From Thermoplasmata archaeon (GTDB taxonomy: Archaea > Thermoplasmatota > Thermoplasmata > RBG-16-68-12 > JAJISG01): 52,218 bases of DNA. The notes under the pieces are model-generated. The model saw only the letters and a list, made by a program, of their open reading frames with translations. It ran no database searches and had not been told where the DNA came from. Below, piece after piece: positions 1 through 10,500 of this stretch. Each line of letters opens with the position of its first letter. Positions within the stretch are counted from its first letter, which is position 1. Location of the stretch: assembly GCA_046759865.1 (NCBI GenBank), contig JBHIDB010000001.1, forward strand, positions 1 through 52,218. The letters run 5' to 3'. Both the position numbers and the translations under genes were made by a program.

Positions 1-55
1 GTGGTCCGTCGGACGATCCTCAGACGTCTCGCTGCCATCTCCAAGGAATTCGGTC

Positions 56-1180
56 ATGCTCGGAGCCTCGGTCGTCCTCGCCTTGGCAATGATTCTCGCA
101 CTCACCTCCCATCAGCGTATGGTCCAGGCGACTCAGTACTACTCAGTGATGGGCGACGACGTCTTGGACGGATTGGCCTGGATCGAGGCGAACACGCCGC
201 GGGGAAGCGTGATTGCGACAACTGGGCCGAGTCAGTTCGGGGCCGACGCCTTGGTAGGGTGTGTCTGGGGGTGGTGGATCGAAGGGTTGGCACAACGCAA
301 GTCCTTCTGTAGCGGGGATCCCGTGGCCTTAGCTTGGCAGTCGCAGGTTCAACGCACCCACGATGCTAACCGCGCCTTTGCAGGGCCGATCTCGATGGAA
401 AATGGCTGGGTGAGGGTGGGGGAATATGCCCCCTTTGGAAGCCGAGGCAATCCCATCATAGCGACCGAATCTGGCAGAGGCTTTCAGGCCATGCTGTTTT
501 TCAATGACGCCGAGACCGAGGTCCGATGGAGCCCGTTGGGGGTTCCCGCATTCCGGACGGATGCCCCCCACTACCTGCCTCGCCATACCGTGTCTCAGTC
601 GTCAACGCCAGAACTCGGAACGATCGAGCATCTCGCGGAGTCGGCCGCGATGAGGGTCTCCCGGACGGTCCACCTGGCCCGAGACTCCTCGCTCGTCTGG
701 GTCAACTACTCGATAGCGGTTTCGGGAACCATCAATGATGTTTCGATCCCAGTGATGGGCACCTCGCTCTCCCGCTTGAACCACTTTGATCCGATACTAA
801 GAACCCTGGAGATCGGTCACGACTCCACCTTCCCGCAGGGGATTGGGGCGCAGGTGAAAATAATCACGGGCGGTGAGTCGTTGACGAGTGTTGCCTTCGA
901 AACCAACCCGGAGGCTGCTATGCCCCAGGTCAGATTCCTCTTCGTCCCGGACGGGGCCCTCTTCGAGACGTCGTTTGCGGTTCGCCTCATCTCCTCTCCC
1001 GACGCACAGTCCTCGGACGTCCGCCTGGCGGACGCACTGTCGGCGTTTGAAGTGGGCGAGGTTGACTACGTTTTCGTGGATAAGCTCAAAGTGCGGGAGA
1101 CGGAATGGTTCGCGAACGATCCCGCTCACTTCCGGATCGCCTATCAGAACTTCGCCGTGGCCCTGTACGAGGTGATATAG
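56..1180 (+). CDS. Hypothetical membrane-anchored protein with a large soluble domain. It may be the C-terminal part of a larger membrane (glycosyltransferase-like) protein, because the frame is open to the window edge.
   Basis: 374-aa ORF starting MLGASVVLALAMILALTS (hydrophobic). No stop in this frame between nt 2 and 56. Its stop lies 1 nt before the next gene start. It is the first gene of a co-directional cluster. Confidence 0.45.
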   Translation: MLGASVVLALAMILALTSHQRMVQATQYYSVMGDDVLDGLAWIEANTPRGSVIATTGPSQFGADALVGCVWGWWIEGLAQRKSFCSGDPVALAWQSQVQRTHDANRAFAGPISMENGWVRVGEYAPFGSRGNPIIATESGRGFQAMLFFNDAETEVRWSPLGVPAFRTDAPHYLPRHTVSQSSTPELGTIEHLAESAAMRVSRTVHLARDSSLVWVNYSIAVSGTINDVSIPVMGTSLSRLNHFDPILRTLEIGHDSTFPQGIGAQVKIITGGESLTSVAFETNPEAAMPQVRFLFVPDGALFETSFAVRLISSPDAQSSDVRLADALSAFEVGEVDYVFVDKLKVRETEWFANDPAHFRIAYQNFAVALYEVI

Positions 1181-1181
1181 G

Positions 1182-2594
1182 TTGGCGGGCGAAGAGCGAA
1201 GTGAGTTTCTCCTTGCAAACTCCTACTTTATGGCATACGACCGTAAGGAGCAACGCATCGAGGGGCCCTACGCCCCTCTCGGTCCGTTATACATCGCGTC
1301 CTGCCTGCGAGAGGCCAATGTCCAGCCCAGCTTCTTCGACGGGACCCATGCAAGCAGTCTGCGCGACTTTGCCGCAGCCTTGGACTCGGAACGCCCGCAG
1401 ATTCTAGGCATCTACGCAACCGTGATATCCCGCCACGTAGCCCTTCAGATGGCCAAGCTCGCGCATCACAGGGGCATTCCCGTCATCGCCGGGGGCCCGG
1501 ATCCCTCTTCGGACCCTAACGTGTATCTCAGAAGCGGCCTCGTGAACGTCGTGGCCCGTGGGGAAGGGGAGGTCTCCGCGGTCAACCTGGGGCGTTACTA
1601 CTTGGAATCCAGCCCCTCTGACTTGCAGGACATCCCGGGCCTTTCCGTGCGTGAGAATAGTGGGATCCTCCATACCGACGACCAGCCTTACATTGAGGAC
1701 CTGGACCTCGTTCCCTATCCCGCCCGGGACTTGATGGACTGGCCGGCCTACGAGGCGACCACGCGGCGATTTCATGGAGTCAGTCAGCTCACCATCATGA
1801 CTGCCCGGGGCTGCCCCTTCCAATGCACCTGGTGCTGTAAACCGATTTTCGGGGCCCGGTATCGTCACAGGAGTCCCGGGAACGTTGTCGGTGAGATTCT
1901 GGAGGTCAAGACCCGCTACGGACCTGGGATGGTTCGTTTCGCCGACGACATCCTAACAATCAATCGGCGGAAATTCATGGAGTTGGCGGACGAGATCGAG
2001 CGGGCAGGGGCCCAGATTCCCTTCGAGTGCCTCACACGCGTAGACCTGGTGGACAAGGAGGTCCTGCAGAGACTTGTCGACATCGGATGTCGAAAGATTT
2101 TGTACGGCGTCGAATCCGGGAGCCAGCGGGTCTTGGATTCCATGAAGAAGGGGATCAAGGTCCAGGAGGTGCACGAAATCAGCCGACTCACCCGTGCGCT
2201 CGGTATGGAACAGTACTGGTTCCTGATCTACGGGTACCCACCTGAAGACATCCACGATCTGCGGCTGACGATCGACATGGTTCGGCGACTTCAGCCAGAT
2301 GATTACGGCATCACGGTGGCCTACCCACTTCCACAGACGGAGTTCTATGACCTGGTGCGCCACTCTATGCAGGAGGGGACCCATTGGAAACGGACGCGGG
2401 ACAACCTCGTGCTGTACAGGCACCTCTACAGCTCGCTCTTCTACAAAGCCGCCATTTACGGCACGCATCTTGTCTACCGGACCCGCAGGATGGCGAGGGC
2501 AAATTCAGGAATCCTCGCCCGGGCGGTTGATCGGATGGCCTATGGTGTGACGGACGCAGTATTGGGAGGCTGGGCTGGTCGTGCAGGGGGATGA
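1182..2594 (+). CDS. B12-binding radical SAM protein
   Basis: CPFQCTWC (CX3CX2C) radical SAM cluster motif preceded by an N-terminal Rossmann-like cobalamin-binding region (ILGIYATV...IPVIAGGPDPS). TTG start at 1182; an alternative ATG lies at 1230. Confidence 0.85.
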   Translation: MAGEERSEFLLANSYFMAYDRKEQRIEGPYAPLGPLYIASCLREANVQPSFFDGTHASSLRDFAAALDSERPQILGIYATVISRHVALQMAKLAHHRGIPVIAGGPDPSSDPNVYLRSGLVNVVARGEGEVSAVNLGRYYLESSPSDLQDIPGLSVRENSGILHTDDQPYIEDLDLVPYPARDLMDWPAYEATTRRFHGVSQLTIMTARGCPFQCTWCCKPIFGARYRHRSPGNVVGEILEVKTRYGPGMVRFADDILTINRRKFMELADEIERAGAQIPFECLTRVDLVDKEVLQRLVDIGCRKILYGVESGSQRVLDSMKKGIKVQEVHEISRLTRALGMEQYWFLIYGYPPEDIHDLRLTIDMVRRLQPDDYGITVAYPLPQTEFYDLVRHSMQEGTHWKRTRDNLVLYRHLYSSLFYKAAIYGTHLVYRTRRMARANSGILARAVDRMAYGVTDAVLGGWAGRAGG

Positions 2595-3405
2595 TCCCAG
2601 TCCTTACGAGGGCGTAGCAAGGGGCTTTGATGCCATTGCGGAGCGTTACGACGACCTCGTGGAGGCCAATCCTCTGCATCACTCCATGCGGGAGCAATCC
2701 CTTCAGTGGCTCGAGGAGGCCTTCGCGCCGGGAGAGCGCGTTCTTGAGGTGGGCTGCGGGCTTGGGACGGAGGCGATTCACCTGGGCGAAAGGGGGGTGG
2801 AGGTTGTCGCCACCGATGTCTCTTCTGCAATGGTTGCTGGCGCGCGCGAGAGGGTTCAGGCAGCGGGCCAGGAAGGCCGGGTCACCGTCCTGCGCGCCGC
2901 CGCAGGGGAACTCGAGGCCGCTGTCCACAACGAGACCTTCGACGGTGCCTTTGCTTCATTTGGACCGCTGAACTGCGAACCGGACCTTCGGGCTGCACTA
3001 GAGAGTATCGCATTTCATCTCAGGCCCACGGCCCCCTTACTCGCTTCGGTGGTCAGTCGGCCCTGTATCTCCGAGCTGGCGTACGGTGCGTCCGTGTTCC
3101 GCTTCCGCAAGGCCTTCCGTCGCCTGTCTAACGTCGTCGAGATTGACCTCTATGGAGCGGGACCTGTATCCGTCCGGGCGTACTCGGAAGCCGAAGCGCG
3201 GACCGCCCTGGCGCCTTGGTTCACCCTCCGGAGGTTGGAGGGTCTCCTCGTGGCCCTTCCCCCACCGTACACGGTCAAAGCTTGGGAACAGCTGACCGCC
3301 GTTCATCGCCCCGTCGAGTGGTTGGACCGACACCTGAGGCACACGTGGCCCTTCCGCGGCATGGGGGACCACCTGCACATCTGGGCGACGAGGCACGCGG
3401 AATGA
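2581..3405 (+). CDS. Class I SAM-dependent methyltransferase
   Basis: Motif I VLEVGCGLGTEAIHLGERGVEVVATDVS. Overlaps the upstream gene by 14 nt. Confidence 0.85.
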   Translation: MQGDDPSPYEGVARGFDAIAERYDDLVEANPLHHSMREQSLQWLEEAFAPGERVLEVGCGLGTEAIHLGERGVEVVATDVSSAMVAGARERVQAAGQEGRVTVLRAAAGELEAAVHNETFDGAFASFGPLNCEPDLRAALESIAFHLRPTAPLLASVVSRPCISELAYGASVFRFRKAFRRLSNVVEIDLYGAGPVSVRAYSEAEARTALAPWFTLRRLEGLLVALPPPYTVKAWEQLTAVHRPVEWLDRHLRHTWPFRGMGDHLHIWATRHAE

Positions 3406-4997
3406 GCGAGCTCGTAACGCCCGAGTTCCTCGTCCGAACCGGCGGCCCGATCTCCTCCTCCCCGCTCCTGGTTGACGCCAATGATGATGGTTGGCCGGAA
3501 GTGTTCGTGGGGGGAATCCGGTTTCACGGCCTCACGTGGCGGGGAGAAGCGCTGCCTCGATGGCCAAAGAAGGCGAGACGCCCCTTTGCGTCCTCTGCTG
3601 CCTTCGGGGACATCAATGGCGATGCCCGAGGCGAATTGGTCATCGGCTGTGATGACGGGAGGGTCTATGCCTACCACCTCGACGGTGATCCCGTTATAGG
3701 CTGGCCGTTTCCCACGGGAGGGGATGTCTTTTCGACCCCCGCGCTGGCGGACATAAATTCAGATGGAGCCCTGGAGACAATCGTCGCCTCCGACGACGGA
3801 TCCCTTTACGTCCTGGATGGTGACGCGGTGGTTGAATGGAGGTCGGCGCTTGCCGGGAACCCCTTTATCAGCGCGTCGCCGACCGTGGTGGACTTAGATG
3901 GAGATGGGACGGAAGAGATCGTCGTGGGGGCGTGGGACGGGAAGATTCACGCATGGACGTCGGAGGGGCAGCCTTGTCCTATCTCGTGGCCGGATGGAGG
4001 AGGCTACATCTGGTCCTCGGGAACCGCATTTCACGCGAACGATGGAGGCGCTCGGCTCACATGGGCCTCAGATCGGGTAAACCTCGTTTCGGGGAGCGGC
4101 GTCTCGGCGCCAGGCTGGCCGCGGTCCACACACTCATGGATGGTTTCCTCTCCTGCCGTGGTCCAGTTCGCAAAGGGCCAGGTGGGGATCGTGGTCGGGT
4201 CCGATCGTCTCTATGGGTGGGATTTGCATGGTCAGTGTCTCCCAGGGTGGCCAATCGACCTAGGAGAGTACGTCTGGTCAAGCCCTCTCGCCTTCGATTT
4301 GGACGGGGATGGGGCGCGCGAGGTGGTCATCGGTAGTTGGGATGGCGGGGTCCACGCGGTTCGCCTTGACGGGACACCCGTCCCTGGCTTTCCACTTCGG
4401 ACCGACGGCCCAATCTTCTCCACCCCCGCCGCAGCCCCCCTTCCTGGCGGAGGAGGACTGTTGGTAGTCGCCTCGTGGGACGGAACCATCCGGGGGTGGA
4501 GGCTGCCTCATGCCCGATTTGAAGACTCCGATTGGCTTCAGTTTCGCGGCTCTTCTGTCCGTACAGGCGTCGTCCCGGTCATGGTGAAGGAACAACCAGG
4601 GACACCGCCGCCCGCGACCCCCCGCCTCGGACGCCCCAACCTTCGCGGAGCACAAGCCGAACCGTGGTACGGTGGCGTCAAGCGTGTGGTCCTCCATGGC
4701 ACGGATCTTCATCGTGCGCGGAGGCTCGTAGTCCACTATCAGATTCGGGGAGAGGGAGCAGCCCACATTAGCCCGGCCGTAAGAAGCGGGGGCAAATTCG
4801 TCGCACTCATCCAACCACTCCGTATCCCGCGCAGATTGCGATTCTGGGTGGAGCTGGAGCGACCAGACCGCACGAAACAGCGTTGGCCCACCAGAGGCTT
4901 TGCGTCGATGCTTCAGCTGCCATCCCCGATTGCCCGACTTCTCGATAGGCTCGGGAAGCGCGTGCGGCGAGAACGAGATCGAGCCGCGGTCCAATGA
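3402..4997 (+). CDS. FG-GAP/VCBS-repeat beta-propeller protein
   Basis: Seven to eight repeats of the type DxDGDGxxEhhhGxxDGxhhAW (VDLDGDGTEEIVVGAWDGKIHAW, FDLDGDGAREVVIGSWDGGVHAV, ADINSDGALETIVASDDGSLYVL). Start set at the ATG in the ATGA overlap with the methyltransferase stop; the track ORF start at 3216 lies inside the upstream gene. Confidence 0.8.
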   Translation: MSELVTPEFLVRTGGPISSSPLLVDANDDGWPEVFVGGIRFHGLTWRGEALPRWPKKARRPFASSAAFGDINGDARGELVIGCDDGRVYAYHLDGDPVIGWPFPTGGDVFSTPALADINSDGALETIVASDDGSLYVLDGDAVVEWRSALAGNPFISASPTVVDLDGDGTEEIVVGAWDGKIHAWTSEGQPCPISWPDGGGYIWSSGTAFHANDGGARLTWASDRVNLVSGSGVSAPGWPRSTHSWMVSSPAVVQFAKGQVGIVVGSDRLYGWDLHGQCLPGWPIDLGEYVWSSPLAFDLDGDGAREVVIGSWDGGVHAVRLDGTPVPGFPLRTDGPIFSTPAAAPLPGGGGLLVVASWDGTIRGWRLPHARFEDSDWLQFRGSSVRTGVVPVMVKEQPGTPPPATPRLGRPNLRGAQAEPWYGGVKRVVLHGTDLHRARRLVVHYQIRGEGAAHISPAVRSGGKFVALIQPLRIPRRLRFWVELERPDRTKQRWPTRGFASMLQLPSPIARLLDRLGKRVRRERDRAAVQ

Positions 4998-5956
4998 GGG
5001 ACGCTCAGGGGGGAACCGGCGACCCGGTCGTGGCAGTCGTGACCCACAGGAATCTCGTGGGTCTTCGCAGGCTTGTTCCAGTATTGCTTCAGCAGACTGC
5101 CTCTCTCGGCATCGAGTTGGTCATCGTGGATAACGCATCGCAAGACGGGACGAGGGAGTGGCTGTCTCGCGAGGGGGGCCCAATGACCGTCCTCCGACTT
5201 CCGGACAACGACGGTCCTGGAGCCGCCCTCAATGCCGTGTTCGAGACGCGGCCTGAGGCTGAGGCCTACGTCTTATTCGGGGACGACGCCCTTCCGAGAG
5301 GCGACGAAGTGGCGAAGCTTCTAAGGTCGCTACGTTCACACGAACGCCTGGGAATCGTCGCTGGAGAACCGTTCACGGCGAAGGGTGACCATCTTGCCCC
5401 CTCCTACACCCGTCGGCCATTCGAGAGGGCCTTCCCACTCCTCTGGGGCCGCTGGTGGGGTGCGAATCCTGCATCGTCTGGGGGTACGCTGGAGTACGTC
5501 GATGTCGTGGGCGGTTCGGGGATGGCTGTTCGAGGCGAATTGGCGCGGGAAATCGGGCCCTTTGAAACAATTCTCTGGCCAGCCGCATTTGAAGATCTGG
5601 ATTACTGTGCCCGAGCGAGGTTTCGAGGATGGGCAATCGCAGTCGATCATGGAGTTCCGATTCATCATGAAGTGTCCGTGACCATGACTCGGGTATTCGG
5701 CGAACAATACCCCGTGGTCAGACGATCGAGCGGGCTCATGTACGCTGCCCTGAACTATCCCTTAGTCATCGCCATCGGCCGGCTCCTCGAGGCAGCGATC
5801 AACGTCATGACCTCCTCGGACGAGGTCGTCCGACGGGGAGATGCGTGGGGCCTCCTTCGATGCACACGAGCGTTGCGACCGCTTCTGGAGGGAAGGCAGG
5901 TTCGTCGGAGACTGCGTCAGATGAGAAGAACGACGAACCTGCCGCCCTGGTCCTAG
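4994..5956 (+). CDS. Family 2 glycosyltransferase
   Basis: VAVVTHRN...ELVIVDNASQDGTREWL N-terminal GT2 signature and a DxD-like FGDDA. ATGA overlap with the upstream stop. Confidence 0.8.
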   Translation: MRDAQGGTGDPVVAVVTHRNLVGLRRLVPVLLQQTASLGIELVIVDNASQDGTREWLSREGGPMTVLRLPDNDGPGAALNAVFETRPEAEAYVLFGDDALPRGDEVAKLLRSLRSHERLGIVAGEPFTAKGDHLAPSYTRRPFERAFPLLWGRWWGANPASSGGTLEYVDVVGGSGMAVRGELAREIGPFETILWPAAFEDLDYCARARFRGWAIAVDHGVPIHHEVSVTMTRVFGEQYPVVRRSSGLMYAALNYPLVIAIGRLLEAAINVMTSSDEVVRRGDAWGLLRCTRALRPLLEGRQVRRRLRQMRRTTNLPPWS

Positions 5957-6007
5957 CTTCCGCTTTAATCTTTAAGCGAATCCCGTTATGGCCTTGGGGG
6001 TGTCGCC

Positions 6008-7534
6008 ATGATCGTCCTGGACGGGGAGAGCCTAACAATCGAGAACGTCGCACGAATTGCCAGAGAGTCGCATGAGGTTCGTCTCGCGAGCTCCGCAGCG
6101 ACGAAAATGAAAGCCTCTCGCCAGTTGGTGGAGAAGATAGGCAAAGAGGGCCACATCGCATACGGGATCACGACAGGAATTGGCGAACTAGCCAATGTGA
6201 GCATCCCCGAGGATGATCTACGCCAACTGCAACAGAACATCACACGCAGTCATGCAGCGGGTTCAGGAGACCCCCTGCCTGAGGACGTGCTCCGCGCCAT
6301 GATGGTCCTTCGGGCCAATGGGCTCGCAAAGGGCCACTCGGGCGTTCGACCCCTTGTCGTCGAACTCCTCTGTCAAATGCTCAACCAAGGCGTTCACCCC
6401 TTCGTCCCCCAAAAGGGATCCGTGGGAGCAAGCGGGGACCTCGCCCCCCTTGCGCACATGACGCTTGTGTTGATCGGGGAGGGGGAGGCATCCTATCAGG
6501 GGCAGCGGCTCGCGGGACAGAGGGCCTTGGGGGAGGCAGGCCTTGAGCCTCTGGAGTTGCAGCCGAAGGAGGGCCTTGCCCTGATCAACGGAACATCTCT
6601 CATGGCCGCCTACGGTTGCCTGGCGGTCCATGACGCTCTCGCCCTGCTCAAGGATGCTTTGATCGCCGGTTCCATCAGCTTCGAAGCCCTGAAGGGTTCC
6701 CCTCGTCCCTTCGATCCCCGTATCCACGCGCTTCGACCCCATCCCGGGCAAGTGGCCACGGCCCGGGATCTCCTCCAATCCCTCGAGGATAGCGAGATCA
6801 TACCCTCCCATCTGGGTCCCCACAAGGTGCAGGACCCCTACACCCTTCGTTGTATGCCCCAGGTCTTTGGCGCCGTCTTAGACGTGATTCGGCAGGCCGA
6901 GCACGTGCTGGACGTGGAGGCGAACTCGGCCACCGACAACCCCCTCCTCTTTCCGGAGGACGGAGAGTCCCTCTCAGGCGGGAACTTCCATGGCCAGCCC
7001 CTCGCCTTCGCCATGGACTTCCTGGCCATCGCCCTGTGCTCCCTCGGAGCCTTCTCCGAGCGTCGGATTGCGCGGCTGGTCGACGGCAACCTGAGCGGGC
7101 TCCCGCCCTTCCTGACTAGGAAATCCGGCCTCCATTCCGGATTGATGCTCACCCAGTATACCGCGGCTGCCCTGGCCGCCGAGAACAAAATCCTCGCACA
7201 CCCCGCGTCCGTGGACTCCATCCCGACCTCCGCGAATCAGGAAGACTTCGTCCCCATGGGCCCGACCGCGGGGGAAAAGCTCTTCCGCATCATCGAGAAC
7301 ATGCGTACCCTCCTGGGAATCGAATACCTCTGCGCAACGCAAGGGCTGGAATTCGAGAAGGCGCTTGAGCCAGGACGCGGACCTCTGACGGCGTACCGGA
7401 TTCTCCGCCAACACGTCCCAGCCATCGAGGATGATCGGTCTCCCTCGCCGGACATCGAGGTGATCACATCCCTCCTCGTCGAGGGAAGGGTGGTGGACGC
7501 CGTTGAGAGCGAGATCGGCCCACTGCTCACCTAA
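6008..7534 (+). CDS. hutH: Histidine ammonia-lyase (MIO-dependent aromatic amino acid lyase family)
   Basis: GSVGASGDLAPLAHM contains the Ala-Ser-Gly MIO-forming triad. ITRSHAAGSG carries the Ser-His selectivity pair typical of HAL rather than PAL/TAL. Confidence 0.85.
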   Translation: MIVLDGESLTIENVARIARESHEVRLASSAATKMKASRQLVEKIGKEGHIAYGITTGIGELANVSIPEDDLRQLQQNITRSHAAGSGDPLPEDVLRAMMVLRANGLAKGHSGVRPLVVELLCQMLNQGVHPFVPQKGSVGASGDLAPLAHMTLVLIGEGEASYQGQRLAGQRALGEAGLEPLELQPKEGLALINGTSLMAAYGCLAVHDALALLKDALIAGSISFEALKGSPRPFDPRIHALRPHPGQVATARDLLQSLEDSEIIPSHLGPHKVQDPYTLRCMPQVFGAVLDVIRQAEHVLDVEANSATDNPLLFPEDGESLSGGNFHGQPLAFAMDFLAIALCSLGAFSERRIARLVDGNLSGLPPFLTRKSGLHSGLMLTQYTAAALAAENKILAHPASVDSIPTSANQEDFVPMGPTAGEKLFRIIENMRTLLGIEYLCATQGLEFEKALEPGRGPLTAYRILRQHVPAIEDDRSPSPDIEVITSLLVEGRVVDAVESEIGPLLT

Positions 7535-7572
7535 TATTGACCAATGCGGAGGAGGGCAGGTCGGGCGGTCCC

Positions 7573-10500
7573 TCAGGACGCCTTTACGTTGATCTGAAAG
7601 ACGTGCTCCCAATCGTATTCCTGCTCGTCGATGAGGCGCTTGGCCTTCACCTTGACCATGACGGGAACCTCCCCCGGGGAGGGGAAGATGAGGGTGAAGG
7701 ACATGGACACCTCATCGTTGGCCCGCACGGACGCGGGCACCTCCAGGGCCTTGACCTCAAGCTCCCCGAGCACCTCGACTTCGAGGTCCTTGGCCAGCGC
7801 CTTGCTCGTGTTCCGAACCGTAAGGGTCGCCTCCACGTCTTTGCCCGAGGTGGCACCCGGTGCGCTGAGGCCCAACTCGAGGGTCGGTGAGAAGGCGTCG
7901 AGAGCGTCTCGAACCTGTTCGAGGCTCCGCTCCGCGCTCTGGAGCGCCGATGGTGGGTCGTCCTCCCGCATGACCATGGCCTGTTCCAGCGACTCCTCTG
8001 CGGCGCCTACGTCAATGCCGAACTTCTTTGCCGTGCTAATGAGCTTGCGGGACTCGGAGGTCGCGTCGAGGAAACGCTGTGCGGACTCTTCGAAGGATTG
8101 CAGGGATTCCCTGGCCTCCTGGGCCGCCCGGATGGCCGACTCGAAGCCTCTCTCCTTCAGGGCCGCTCGTGCCTCCTCGATTCGGCTACTCGCCTCTCGA
8201 ACGTCGACCCCCAGCTCGGTGGCGTGGTTTTGGGCTTCCTCAGCCTCGGTAATGATCCCTTCCACCTCCTTCTGGAGGGCGTTCTGGACCTCGACGAGGG
8301 ACCCAGAGAGCACCTGATGGGCGCTCACAAACTGGTCCTCCTCGAGGTAAGCCAGGCCCTCGGACAGGCGGTCCTCGATGCCTTCAACCTCGCAATCGAG
8401 GAGGCTGCTGAGCACGCGGGCGCTGCGGACCCGGCCGTGGAGGTCCGTGAGGTAGGTGGACACCATCCCCGACGCGTCCGTGGCCAACCGGTCGTAAGAT
8501 TCCTTCGCCCCGTCCATGTCGGCCTTCTTGGAGGCGGCCTTCGCCTCCTCGAGGATGAGGACCAGCTGGGAACAATCCAGGCCGAGGGTGTCGGCCACGT
8601 TGAAGTTTCGGAGGGCCACCTCCTCCGAGATGTGCATGATTTCGAGCTCTTCCTTGATCCGGCCGAGCTCGTCGCTTGTGTTGATGGCGACCTCGAGGGA
8701 CTTCACGTACTCGCCCGCCTCGAAGGCCTCTTCCGCCTCCTTTAGGAACTTCTGCAGGAGGTCCACCTTCGCGGGTAGGGCGTGGATGCGCTCTCGGGCC
8801 GTCTCGAGAGAGTTCTGGGCAATCTCCCGCTGTAGTCCCATCTTCTCCAGGAGCACCTCGCTCTTCATGGCGCTGGAGAGGGAATGCTGGTATTGACCCT
8901 CCGCCAACTCCTTCCAGGCCTGCTTCAAGAGGGCTTCCGCCTCCGCAGTCGCCACGCCCTCCTTCTGGGCCTTTGCGGCGGAGGCCTCGAAGCCTTTGAT
9001 CATCCGCTCGATGCTCTCCTTGCGATCCTTGGCGAGCTGGCCCATGGCCTCGCCGGTGAACTGCTTGGCCACGGAGAGGCGGCCCTCATTCAGGGCCTTC
9101 CCGGCCTTGTTCATGAGTTTCTGGGGACCGCTCACCTTGATACTCAGGGCCTGCAGGTCCGCGATAAGGGTCTCTGCCTCCTTCCGATCGAGTAGGATTT
9201 CTTCGTACGCCTCGGCCGTGACTTGCGACTGGGACAGCACCTCCACCGACTGCTCGGAGGCCTCCTTCAGGTCGCCCCCCTCGAGGCGCGCTTTGACTTC
9301 CTTGAGGGCCGCTTGGAGGTCCGCAATCTCGGGGGCAGGGACCTGCACCTTCTCGAGCATGCTCTCCGATCGGGCCACCCGGCCGTTCACGCTGTTCAAG
9401 ACACCGGCCCGGGCCTGCGCCTCCACCTCCATGGCGAGCTCCACGGCCTCCCGGAAGTCGCCGTGGTCCAGCGCGCGTTTGGACCGAGCAAGGAGACTGA
9501 TCCAGGGCTCCACATCCACTTCCTGGGCCTCGGCGAGGGCGAGGCTCTCCGCGGCGGCCTGGAGCCGGTCGTTTACATTGAGAACGCTAATTGCCTTCTC
9601 CGCCTCCGCCCGGGCGTCCCCGGCAATGTCAAGCGCCCGCTCGATTTCCCCCGCCTCGAAAGCGGTCTTGCCCTTGAGGAGGAGCTCGACCGCCCGCGTC
9701 ATGTCGACGTCCTTCTTCTTGCCTTCCGCCACGAGGACGGCCGCAGCCCCCATGGTATCCCGGACTTTCTGGAAGGCGTCCAGATGAGCCTTGGCGGAAA
9801 CGTCGCAGTTGCGAAGCTCGATCAGGCCTTGCGAGATGTCGCCACCGGTGATGGCCTGCTTGGCTGCCTTGAGAAACTCCTTCTCCTTGGTGATATCGAT
9901 GCCTGCATTACGGGCCTCGATGACCCGGGCCTTCACCTCGTCGAAGGCTCTCTGGGTCAGGTGGGCGAGCACGTCTCGGACGGACTCGACCTGTTGGAAG
10001 AGGGCAGACAGCTCCCCTTTCTCCAGGGCCTCCTTGGCGGCTAGGTGCGTTTCTCGAAGCCCGTCGATTTTCAGGTCGTGTTCCGTGGCGAGTGCTTGGG
10101 CCGCTTGAAGTCCTTCCACCGCGAGTTCCCCGAACGCCTCGGACAGGCCTCCCGCCTTCTCCTCTGCCTCCTCCATGAGCCTGGCGGCCGTTCCATAATC
10201 CCGCACGTCCAGGGTCGTCTCCACCTTGAGGAGCAGTTCGGAGACTTCCCGCGCCGCGGCCGTAGGCGGGAGGGTGTCCCTCAGCGTCTCCGCCTTCGCC
10301 CGGAAGTGGGACGTGATGCGCGCCTCCGCTGTCTGTTGCAGCCTCGTGGCTTCGGTGAGGGCCTTGCTGACCTCCTTGGACTTCAGGAGTTGGGCACACT
10401 CCTGAATCCCCGCGGTGGCCTCATCGAGGTCGAGGCCGATCTTTTCCGCGAGCGTGACGATGAATTGGACCTCGTCGAGCATCTCGGCGCACCGGTCCGA

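Noticed and set aside
3216-3401. Track start of the FG-GAP ORF at 3216
   Set aside because: The first 62 codons lie entirely within the methyltransferase gene in another frame and are Pro/Arg/Gly-rich. The ATG at 3402 forms an ATGA overlap with the upstream stop.
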